Positions 47,899-56,196 of a stretch of DNA of 64,000 bases are shown piece by piece. The translations under genes were made by a program, and so were the position numbers. How positions within the stretch are numbered: the first letter of the stretch is position 1; each line of letters begins with the position of its first letter. Under the pieces are notes generated by a model. That model worked only from the letters and a program-made list of their open reading frames with translations, was not told the origin of the DNA and did not search any database. Location of the stretch: assembly GCA_024686575.1 (NCBI GenBank), contig GCA_024686575.1_4863.1. One strand, 5' to 3'. This DNA is from a phage.

Positions 47899-49599
47899 TT
47901 AATCAATGAGACCGTTGCCGAGTCCGTTTCCGCCTATACCGCCTAAGCCACCACCCAGGTCAAGACCTCCAAGAGGATCTAAGCCACCTGTGTTAGTTGG
48001 AATGTTAGATAGCATTCGACCCCGGCCTTGGCCTTTCTCGAATTCTGTATAACCTTCTTCCACGGCTTTCAGCAGCGTTGCAGTGTTCTGTGCCAGCTCA
48101 CCAACGTATTTGAGATCGGTGGTGTTGCCGGTATGGAGACGGAATTGCATAAACGACGCGTAGGTGTAATATTCCAGCGGTTCGTCGTCGACACGGATTT
48201 CAATACGAGTAACGGTCCCCAACAATGCGGTGACCAGCATGTGACAGCGAATATGGTTATGTTTAGTAACCTGAACCATCGCTTCTTTCATGTTCTGCAA
48301 GAAACGACGACCTAATGCAGCAGGTAACTGATGATGTGTGATGCTGCTGACTGAGTTAGGAATAACTTCCAACGTAGGCTCTATCATGATATCCGTGTTA
48401 CGGTTATCAAAGACAAAGCTCACTTCGCCAATCAGGTTACGTGACATAATCGGCCCGATAGACATAGCCAGATCATACGCAACTAGACTACCCTGAGTAG
48501 AAAAGCCGTTACGTCCAATCCAGTGGTCGGTTTGGTTAACCAGCCCTGCACCCAACCCACGGCGACTTGCCAGCGCCAGCGATTCACGGATACATTCATC
48601 CAACCGCATTGGGTTGACAATCGCATTACGCAAATCAGCCAAACGGAACGTCGCCTTACTGGTTGCTTTCCAACCGCCAGATACATCAGACATCCCGTTC
48701 TGGAGTGCTTGACGCATCGCAGCAATCAGTTCGTGGTTGCTGTAGTTACGGATAACACCACGCTGCTTCAATTCAGATTCAACGCCGATGGAGTTATTAC
48801 CTGCAAAGAAGCTTTCCACGCTACCGAGTTCGGTATCTACCCCAGAGCTTGCCAGATACGCATTACTGATTGCAGATACGTAGTTTTCCGGACGCTGGAG
48901 TTGGGATACCATCAACTGTGGTGCAGAGCTACTGGTTGCGGATAGCACAGAGTCGCTCGTTGGAACGAACTTCTCACCGCTATTCATTTCAATACGTTTT
49001 ACCATATCCGCTGCTTTCGCGATCGAAATGATATCTACCGTACTTTCTGTTTGACCTTCAACAGACAGCGCTTTCGATAAAACGTAGTTATCCAGTAGAC
49101 GGAATGAGTCTGGGTTCAATGTTTTGCCGCCCAGGGCATCGTGTGTATACGTTGCCTGTAAGCCGTAGATGTCGTTAATGTACAACACCATATCGTCCGG
49201 CAGCAGGCTACCCAGGCTGGTTTCTGCCTGACTGGTATAACCGGAGACGATGTATTGCGTTTCCTGAGTGCGTGTTGCATTCAGAGGTTTAGCAATAAAC
49301 ACCGCCACGAAGTTAAAGATACCGGTATCACGTGATTCCCATTGGAACTGTACAGGACGATTGTCATCATCGGACACGTTGATGAATGGACGCTCAAAAC
49401 CGTTCTGGGTGCCATCGAAGCCCACGATGGCAGATAATGCTTCTTGATACTGCTGTGTTCCCACAGCTTTTTCCCCGCCCAGTTCAACCGCTGCTGCTAA
49501 GTCATCCAGTGCACCCGTCGATGCGTTAAAGCCGATGCGGCGACGAACTTGCTCTGGAACATCGTAGACCGGATACATCAGTAGATTTACAAGCTGCAT
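47899..49599 (-). CDS. hypothetical protein with Gly/Leu-rich C-terminal tail
   Basis: 566 aa; C-terminus GGLDPLGGLDLGGGLGGIGGNGLGNGLID. Confidence 0.55.
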   Translation of the reverse strand: MQLVNLLMYPVYDVPEQVRRRIGFNASTGALDDLAAAVELGGEKAVGTQQYQEALSAIVGFDGTQNGFERPFINVSDDDNRPVQFQWESRDTGIFNFVAVFIAKPLNATRTQETQYIVSGYTSQAETSLGSLLPDDMVLYINDIYGLQATYTHDALGGKTLNPDSFRLLDNYVLSKALSVEGQTESTVDIISIAKAADMVKRIEMNSGEKFVPTSDSVLSATSSSAPQLMVSQLQRPENYVSAISNAYLASSGVDTELGSVESFFAGNNSIGVESELKQRGVIRNYSNHELIAAMRQALQNGMSDVSGGWKATSKATFRLADLRNAIVNPMRLDECIRESLALASRRGLGAGLVNQTDHWIGRNGFSTQGSLVAYDLAMSIGPIMSRNLIGEVSFVFDNRNTDIMIEPTLEVIPNSVSSITHHQLPAALGRRFLQNMKEAMVQVTKHNHIRCHMLVTALLGTVTRIEIRVDDEPLEYYTYASFMQFRLHTGNTTDLKYVGELAQNTATLLKAVEEGYTEFEKGQGRGRMLSNIPTNTGGLDPLGGLDLGGGLGGIGGNGLGNGLID

Positions 49600-49611
49600 T
49601 TTAAATACTCC

Positions 49612-51246
49612 TTAAGAATTAAACCATTCAACTTCTTCTAACTTGCGACGTGCATTCAACACCATAAACTCCGCCAGGCTATTGTGCAGTGACAAGTGAG
49701 GTATATAGTTTGGCTGATCCGTCTCACACTTCAGCAGCGCAGCTGCTTCTGGTGTAGCCCTGAGATGGAACAGATACGGGTTGATGTGATCCTTGTGTAA
49801 CAAGGTCAGTGATTCCCGTGGTGTAGATTGCGGTTCGAGATTACGCGGGTTGCGATACTCCTGAAGATAATATCTATCTAAATCTGCTTTGAGTTCAGAT
49901 CGAATTGGGTCGGCTGCATAACCGGCAGACATCTCAGAACGCACCATATTGCAACTTAACAGTTGCGCAACGTCATACATTCCATAATTGAGATAAGTTG
50001 CCTGTGCTAACGCCATGCCGTAGCGAAACGCTTCTGGTCCACATTCGGTATACGTCTTATAATGCGCGCTACGATGGAGTGCTAATGCGACTAACCATTC
50101 GTGGAGCGTATAGACAGGACCGTCGTGTGTTGCCAGTTGCGAATCAATCAATAACTTAACATCTGCTGGAGCGGCATTATCCAGGCGCATTGTTTTCAAG
50201 AAAGAGCGGTATTCTTTAAATACGTACTCGGTACGGACGTATTCTTTCATCTGGGCAGGAGAACGTGCCTGCACCAAATCCATGGCGTTTATCTTACCCT
50301 TTTCGCCATTGAATATCACACTTTCTGGATGCGCTTTTAACAGCACCGGCTGGTTAGAGATTTTGTTTGCAAAACCTGTTTCAATCTCTTGTTTAACCAG
50401 AAAATACATGCCGGTGACGATATTGTTGTTAACCATGATTTCAACCGGTAATTCACCACCGACTTCACGGACAGCCAACAATTTAATAATAGCATACGCC
50501 AGGATATAATCTTCCATCATATCCGTGCCATAGCCCCGCACAGTAGCCAGTACCGACAAACTGGTGCTGTTCGTACCTTTGTTTGCCAGTTCTTTTTCTA
50601 CCTTTTCCATCACTGTCTGTAGGAACCCACGCAGTTTCGGAATAGCAGGTAAAGACATGACTTCTGTGTCTTGAAGCATCTCCAGACAGTATGTCAGATT
50701 GTACACCATTTTCCGATGTGTTTCGATTGGCAAGTTCTTACCTATCGGGAACGTCCCCATGGTGAGGAACACCGGAATATACGGTTTAATCATCAGGACC
50801 AGTATCAACAACTCGTAATAGTCCGGACGAATGTACGTCATCGCTTCCGGATAATTACTGTTCATTTCATCGTGCGTATCTTCCATGTTCTGCGGAATCC
50901 ACAGCTTATCGATGGGATACAGCTTACGATACACTTCGGCCTTGTGGAACTTCGCAATCGTCTGCACAATCTTCGGCATGTGCTTACGCTGCGTTTCCGT
51001 CGATTCGTTTGCCAGCTCGTCCAGCATCAGATACGCCATGAACAGTTCATCTTGTTCGTCTGGCGTTAAATAATCCCACACGCGTTGTAATTCCATGAAG
51101 AGAATGTTGTCGCGTGCAATCTGTTTACCTTTAACAGTGATGTAGTCGGGTGCGTTGTTATCCTTCCGATAACGTAAGCCAATAAATGAGACCTCTTGAC
51201 CATGATGCTCGATTGTCATCCGGTCTTTAATCTTCGTAATTTTCAT
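49612..51246 (-). CDS. hypothetical protein
   Basis: 544 aa, ATG with GGAG RBS; 15-mer motif 35 nt upstream; a second copy of the motif lies inside the 3' part of this ORF. Confidence 0.55.
   Translation of the reverse strand: MKITKIKDRMTIEHHGQEVSFIGLRYRKDNNAPDYITVKGKQIARDNILFMELQRVWDYLTPDEQDELFMAYLMLDELANESTETQRKHMPKIVQTIAKFHKAEVYRKLYPIDKLWIPQNMEDTHDEMNSNYPEAMTYIRPDYYELLILVLMIKPYIPVFLTMGTFPIGKNLPIETHRKMVYNLTYCLEMLQDTEVMSLPAIPKLRGFLQTVMEKVEKELANKGTNSTSLSVLATVRGYGTDMMEDYILAYAIIKLLAVREVGGELPVEIMVNNNIVTGMYFLVKQEIETGFANKISNQPVLLKAHPESVIFNGEKGKINAMDLVQARSPAQMKEYVRTEYVFKEYRSFLKTMRLDNAAPADVKLLIDSQLATHDGPVYTLHEWLVALALHRSAHYKTYTECGPEAFRYGMALAQATYLNYGMYDVAQLLSCNMVRSEMSAGYAADPIRSELKADLDRYYLQEYRNPRNLEPQSTPRESLTLLHKDHINPYLFHLRATPEAAALLKCETDQPNYIPHLSLHNSLAEFMVLNARRKLEEVEWFNS
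49865..49879 (-). promoter_or_regulatory. conserved 15-mer AGATAATATCTATCT, copy 4 (inside a coding region)
   Basis: Exact 15-mer embedded in the 3' part of CDS 49612..51246, 266 nt upstream of the next gene start (49599). Confidence 0.4.
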
Positions 51247-51280
51247 TATAGTTGAACTCCGCGAATAGTCGATTGCACTG

Positions 51281-51295
51281 AGATAATATCTATCT
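51281..51295 (-). promoter_or_regulatory. conserved 15-mer AGATAATATCTATCT, copy 5
   Basis: Exact 15-mer 35 nt upstream of the start at 51246. Confidence 0.55.
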
Positions 51296-51381
51296 CAATC
51301 TTCTTACAGTGTGTGTTGCAGGACCACGCATAAGCGTTAATAGCCCAAGGTCTCCCTTGGGCGTATTTTTTATTTTGTTTC

Positions 51382-52038
51382 TTAGAGGAATTCGTCGTAA
51401 GAATCAGTGGTTGCTGGAGGTGCAGATTGTTGCTGTTGATAACCGCCGCCGCTGCGCTGACCACCACCCTGGCCACCGCCGTATCCGCCACGACCGAAGC
51501 TACCACCACCTTGCTGGAATTCACGCGGCTTATATTTCTCTTCCAGGTTCTGTAAGAACTTCTCGAAGTTAGTGATAAACGCACGTGCACAGCGCTCAGC
51601 AAGTTCTAAATCAGAAACCTGCTGGCCATCGCGGAAAATACGGAATCCTTTCGGGTAGGAGAAGTAGAACTTCTTCTGGCGGGCACCAACGCCCTGGATT
51701 TCACCGGCAATAGCGATGAACGGTACCAGGTTGTCTTCACGGCCAACAATCAGACTAACGGGCGGTTTGTTGCCGTTTTCGTTAGTAAACTTCAGCATAC
51801 TCTTTTCGCTCTTACGCAGACAATCCTGCAGAGCTTCGATAATGGTACGGCAAACCGTAATCGGTGCAGAGAAATAGAGACCTTCGCCCTTACCAAAAGA
51901 GTAGCTAAACTTCATAGTTTCAACATCACCGTTGAAATCATTCGGTTCAATGTTGAGTTTACGCGTACGGTTTTGCTGATCCGGTTCGGTCTGCGGGTAA
52001 AGCCATTTGTCTTTGAAAATTTCTTGGTTAATCATCAT
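51382..52038 (-). CDS. SSB-like protein (Gly/Gln-rich linker plus acidic C-terminal tip)
   Basis: Internal start MMINQ with AAGGA RBS. C-terminus GGGSFGRGGYGGGQGGGQRSGGGYQQQQSAPPATTDSYDEFL resembles the bacterial SSB Gly/Gln linker and acidic tip (…DFDDDIPF); the N-terminal domain was not recognised. Confidence 0.4.
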   Translation of the reverse strand: MMINQEIFKDKWLYPQTEPDQQNRTRKLNIEPNDFNGDVETMKFSYSFGKGEGLYFSAPITVCRTIIEALQDCLRKSEKSMLKFTNENGNKPPVSLIVGREDNLVPFIAIAGEIQGVGARQKKFYFSYPKGFRIFRDGQQVSDLELAERCARAFITNFEKFLQNLEEKYKPREFQQGGGSFGRGGYGGGQGGGQRSGGGYQQQQSAPPATTDSYDEFL

Positions 52039-52103
52039 TTCATCCTTTTCGGAAAAGCGGTCTAGTGGTTCACACATGATGTCCCACTAACGTAAATTTT
52101 AAC

Positions 52104-52940
52104 TTACTTCATAAGCCTGCGGAGCAGTTCAATTACAAATGGCTCATTCACCAGTTTTAGACAGTTATAAATACGGTCCATTGTGGTATCCTGTTTCCAG
52201 CTGTACTTCTCTGCGGTTTTTAACACCACCCCACGCGTTTTGCGATCGAGGGGTGAAAACATTATCCCGTCGCCAAACAACGTCAGGAACGCTTTGTTAA
52301 ACGGAATATGTTGGGGTTTCCCGTTAAGTTTGGTGTACCACTCCAGTTGCGTTTTCACTTTACCGGTATGTGATTCCAACAAACCCAGTTTAGGGAAATC
52401 TTTACGTGCCAGGAGATCAGCTGGCATGTGGGTCAGTAACAGTGTGTCGCGGCTACCCTCTGGGAAAACATCGAATTGACGGAAGTCATTTTCGTGTTTC
52501 TCACCGTACATCTTTAAAGTGTCGTGTTCCAGTGCATTATAGTGCAGCTGGTTTGGCGTCATCTTATCCTGACCGCCTGCAATGTTTTTGAACGAGGCTT
52601 CGGGAAACACTTTGTTAGCGCTACGATAGCTACAAAGGTACGGAACGCATAACACCGAAGGGGCTACCGCTCTCGCGGTAGCCGTAAGATTATTAATATC
52701 TTCTTCAATCGATGTTAGCATCACGTCGGGTGTTAACCGTTCTCTATTCTCTTCAAACGCATAGAAGGCGTTACGGAACAATGTCCGGAGATTCAGGTAT
52801 ATTTCCTGATAGGAATGGATAGGCAATTCGCCTTTCCAGTCGGCGTATTCGCCGGTATGCAGCAGACCTTCAAACGCCAGCGAACTGGCGATTGACACTG
52901 AATAGAACCCGAAAGTGCGATCAACACTGATTGGATTCAT
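52104..52940 (-). CDS. hypothetical protein
   Basis: 278-aa ORF overlapping the upstream gene by 4 nt. Confidence 0.5.
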   Translation of the reverse strand: MNPISVDRTFGFYSVSIASSLAFEGLLHTGEYADWKGELPIHSYQEIYLNLRTLFRNAFYAFEENRERLTPDVMLTSIEEDINNLTATARAVAPSVLCVPYLCSYRSANKVFPEASFKNIAGGQDKMTPNQLHYNALEHDTLKMYGEKHENDFRQFDVFPEGSRDTLLLTHMPADLLARKDFPKLGLLESHTGKVKTQLEWYTKLNGKPQHIPFNKAFLTLFGDGIMFSPLDRKTRGVVLKTAEKYSWKQDTTMDRIYNCLKLVNEPFVIELLRRLMK

Positions 52941-54088
52941 TCTATTTTCCTAATGATTGCAGTAACAACATCAGGGTCGTACTTCACTGATGTTAGCTCT
53001 TCGAGAACTAATCGTTCAAAGTTCTCAGGAGTAGGTTTTTCGTACACTGGGGCTTCGTTCGAAAAACTCTTCACTAACAACTCCTCTTCTTCAGAGGAGC
53101 GCACACGTTCTCCAGAAATGTGGAACGTGTATTCTTTTTTCCACCGACTAACATATTCGGCCATCGGTGAACCTGCGTAATACTCGACTTCAAATCGTCC
53201 AATAGCGGACGAAGGATGATTGTCGATGTATTCTAATGCAGAAAGACAAGCTGCTAACTGCGCATCAAAGTCTTCCTGTGCCCGAATCTTTTTCTGCGGG
53301 CACGCGCGTGGGTTAACCAGGAAATAGTCCCTGGCAACCGTATCGGTGAAATCGACAAGAGCTACGCCTTTGTCCTCCTCTTCACCTTGAGATAGTCGCT
53401 CAGGACTACCTACAACTCTTATCTTGTCTAATTCTTTAGGTCGATGGTCATGCCCGATAAATATCAGGTGCTTGACTCTCGGCAACCAGAACTCCTCGTG
53501 GAAAGAACGAGGGGACTCGACAGGGAGTTGAAACTGGAAGCAGCCGTGCATGAAGATAAAGTCTAACTTCTCCAAGCCTCGTGTCGCCATCAGTTCTGCC
53601 ATTTCTGCCTCAGTGGCAGCAGCATTAATTTCATCGACGCCAGCAGCTTTATATTCGTCCTGCACCCAACCTACCGTCGCATCGAGAGCCGGATCGTAAA
53701 ATATCCCGATCCCTGCCAAATACAAACAGTCTGCGCCTATACTGATGTTCAGCGACTCAACTATTTTGGACTGGCCGTGGTCATGGGACGGTGTTCCCTC
53801 AACGATGCGAACTGCGGTATTGGTGGCCTTAGACCACTGGAGCAACCACGTCAAGAAGCCCACAGCTTCTTGAGAATCTTCCTGGCGAAGATGTCGGGAA
53901 TCATCAAATAAATCTCCCGCTATATAAAAGGCATCAAGCGTATTTTCGCAGCTAATGAGTACCTCACGTATCACATCCACGATGTGCCAAGTAGGCACAC
54001 GCTTATGCAACAAATGGATATCATTAGTGTTCAAAAGGCGCTTAACGCCTTCTGGTTTCTTGGGAGGTTTAGTAATCTTCTCCATCAC
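52937..54088 (-). CDS. calcineurin-like metallophosphoesterase, Mre11/SbcD-type nuclease candidate
   Basis: 383 aa; phosphoesterase motifs in order and spacing: TNDIHL (D-x-H), IAGDLFDD (GDxxD), VEGTPSHDHG (GNHD-like), FIFMHGCF and IFIGHDHRP (GH/GHxH). Confidence 0.65.
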   Translation of the reverse strand: MMEKITKPPKKPEGVKRLLNTNDIHLLHKRVPTWHIVDVIREVLISCENTLDAFYIAGDLFDDSRHLRQEDSQEAVGFLTWLLQWSKATNTAVRIVEGTPSHDHGQSKIVESLNISIGADCLYLAGIGIFYDPALDATVGWVQDEYKAAGVDEINAAATEAEMAELMATRGLEKLDFIFMHGCFQFQLPVESPRSFHEEFWLPRVKHLIFIGHDHRPKELDKIRVVGSPERLSQGEEEDKGVALVDFTDTVARDYFLVNPRACPQKKIRAQEDFDAQLAACLSALEYIDNHPSSAIGRFEVEYYAGSPMAEYVSRWKKEYTFHISGERVRSSEEEELLVKSFSNEAPVYEKPTPENFERLVLEELTSVKYDPDVVTAIIRKIE

Positions 54089-54743
54089 CGATCCCTACGA
54101 TTGGCTGCGTTTGAGCTGGGGCTTGCACCGAAGTCTCTGCAGCTGTCGCCGTGTTTTTACCGCCGGTAATTTTATCGACGTATTCAACCAACCCTTCCGG
54201 ATATGGCAATTGACCACCCACACCGTAGCGTCGGAAAATCCAGTTCAGCAAGTCAATAATGTACTTCGCACGAACTGAATTTTCAGCCAGAGACATATTT
54301 TCGATCCCAGTTAGGGTGTAATCGATCATCTTGTACATCTGGGTTTCACCGACGGTTGCAATCACATCAACCTGACGACGGATGTACTCAGTCTCATCAG
54401 AGAGGGAAGGTTCGCCGTCAACGGTGATTAACGAGCGGCCGGTGTTCAGCAGAGCGGGGATGGTAAATAGCAGTTTGCTATTATCAGCATCGTCCACAAT
54501 CTGTAGGGGTACAAATGGACTTCCTACGTAAGCCGTCCAGGTCTCTTCGTTAAAAGTACCATCAAGCATCCCGGACAACAGTGGTAAGCCCTGACGTCGG
54601 AACTGTGCTTCGGTGAAGACGCTACAGACGTTCTGGCTTTCCGCCAAATCCTTTTCAATCTCTTTGAGTTTGTTATACTCAAAGCGCATCTGCTCATTCA
54701 TCTGGCTTAACGGTACACCGTTAAATGTAGGTTCCTGGCTCAT
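54069..54743 (-). CDS. hypothetical protein
   Basis: 224-aa ORF; start overlaps the upstream stop. Confidence 0.5.
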   Translation of the reverse strand: MSQEPTFNGVPLSQMNEQMRFEYNKLKEIEKDLAESQNVCSVFTEAQFRRQGLPLLSGMLDGTFNEETWTAYVGSPFVPLQIVDDADNSKLLFTIPALLNTGRSLITVDGEPSLSDETEYIRRQVDVIATVGETQMYKMIDYTLTGIENMSLAENSVRAKYIIDLLNWIFRRYGVGGQLPYPEGLVEYVDKITGGKNTATAAETSVQAPAQTQPIVGIGDGEDY

Positions 54744-55129
54744 TACATATCCTCAATCGCACTCGACTCGGTATCCACGTACCGCTCAACATCGTACCAT
54801 TCACCGTCTGCAACTTCTTGCACACGGACACTAATGAAGATGCGGTAGCGCACATCTGAATCTTTTAAAAACTCCCAGCTGGTTTCAACTTCAACGCCAG
54901 CAGGAAATACGTTCCCGTAGAGGTTCTCCAAATCCATTTTAATCTGGGCAACCATCCCGTCGGGATCTTGTGCAAACACAGCTTGCGTATACGCAAGTGA
55001 TTTAATGTTCCCACGATAAACTACCGATTGGCTATAGCCTGATTCGGTATAATGGTTCATCAGCTCACGCGCCTTTTCCTGGGGTGTACGTGCCCAGCCA
55101 CGTGTGGATAAAGTTCCTACCGCAATCAT
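54743..55129 (-). CDS. hypothetical protein
   Basis: Track ORF 54743..55189; internal ATG at 55127-55129 has AGGAG at 6-nt spacing and follows the upstream stop. Confidence 0.45.
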   Translation of the reverse strand: MIAVGTLSTRGWARTPQEKARELMNHYTESGYSQSVVYRGNIKSLAYTQAVFAQDPDGMVAQIKMDLENLYGNVFPAGVEVETSWEFLKDSDVRYRIFISVRVQEVADGEWYDVERYVDTESSAIEDM

Positions 55130-55130
55130 G

Positions 55131-55556
55131 TTAGCTCCTGTCAAATTCAAGGACGGAAATGTAATATTTGCCTGGTCGATAGTCCGCATACTTAACGGTG
55201 TCGACTTGATGGTAAACTTTTACACCCCGAAATGTTAACCAATGATATTTGATACTCAGCTTACGGCTAGCGACGAACTCCTCGTCTAACCGCCAGGCTT
55301 GTTCAGGAGGCACATCTAATCCAACGAGCAGATCCTTCTCATCTATCTCGAGATACGCACCATAATCACCAACCACCACACGGTTCCAACGTAGGCATAC
55401 AGATACACCGCCTATTGTGGCAGCCCTTACCTTATCGAACCCGTTTAAGTGTTGCTGATAAACTGACAAAGCTTCTTCACGCACTTTCTTGGGCAATGGT
55501 CGGTATCGATACCGTGCTGCCAAGCCCTCGATATACGCCAATATAGGATGCTGCAT
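55131..55556 (-). CDS. hypothetical protein
   Basis: 141-aa ORF; terminator upstream of its start region. Confidence 0.45.
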   Translation of the reverse strand: MQHPILAYIEGLAARYRYRPLPKKVREEALSVYQQHLNGFDKVRAATIGGVSVCLRWNRVVVGDYGAYLEIDEKDLLVGLDVPPEQAWRLDEEFVASRKLSIKYHWLTFRGVKVYHQVDTVKYADYRPGKYYISVLEFDRS

Positions 55557-55570
55557 ACAGCCCCCAGTGA

Positions 55571-55604
55571 AGAAAAAAAGAGGGGCCGAAGCCCCGTCTT
55601 TTTA
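55571..55604. terminator. rho-independent terminator (possibly bidirectional)
   Basis: Hairpin GGGGC-CGAA-GCCCC flanked by an A-run and CTTTTT. Confidence 0.6.
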
Positions 55605-56183
55605 ACACGTCGCGCCAAGTTCCGAACAGGGATCACCATCTTCCCAGTCGAAAGCTGACATACGTGCCCAGTTAAGTTGAATATCCACTTTATCGATTCG
55701 ACTCAGTCGTACTGCGCGATCTTCATTGGTAGCCCATTGCCAAATCTTATCTTCATCGTACTTCGTCGAAATGCCCGATGTTGCTTCGCGGAAGTGGTCA
55801 TCGGTACGCATATACGCATTCCCTTTGAACACATCCAACCGCGAAAAGCCATTCTCATAACCAGTCGCCATACCGTCATTATACAACTTACGATATTCCG
55901 GCATGGCAACGAGGAATGGCTGTAAAGCAGCATTGGCGAACTGGAATTCACCCAACTCTTCGATCTGTCTTACCATCTCTACCGCGTCGCTATAACGTAA
56001 CTTACGTGCGGTACTGAATGTTTCACGGAAACGCTCCAGTGAGATTAAGTCCTGACAATGTTCTTTTACACGGTCAACGAGATCGGGTGCCAGGCTAGAC
56101 AGCGAAAACGATTCTTTGAATACGCTGAGTGCCCCGCTACCTTCGGTCTGTTTCGTCCACACCGTGCTACCTTGTAGCCACAT
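55602..56183 (-). CDS. hypothetical protein
   Basis: 193-aa ORF. Confidence 0.5.
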   Translation of the reverse strand: MWLQGSTVWTKQTEGSGALSVFKESFSLSSLAPDLVDRVKEHCQDLISLERFRETFSTARKLRYSDAVEMVRQIEELGEFQFANAALQPFLVAMPEYRKLYNDGMATGYENGFSRLDVFKGNAYMRTDDHFREATSGISTKYDEDKIWQWATNEDRAVRLSRIDKVDIQLNWARMSAFDWEDGDPCSELGATC

Positions 56184-56196
56184 TACAATACTCCTA

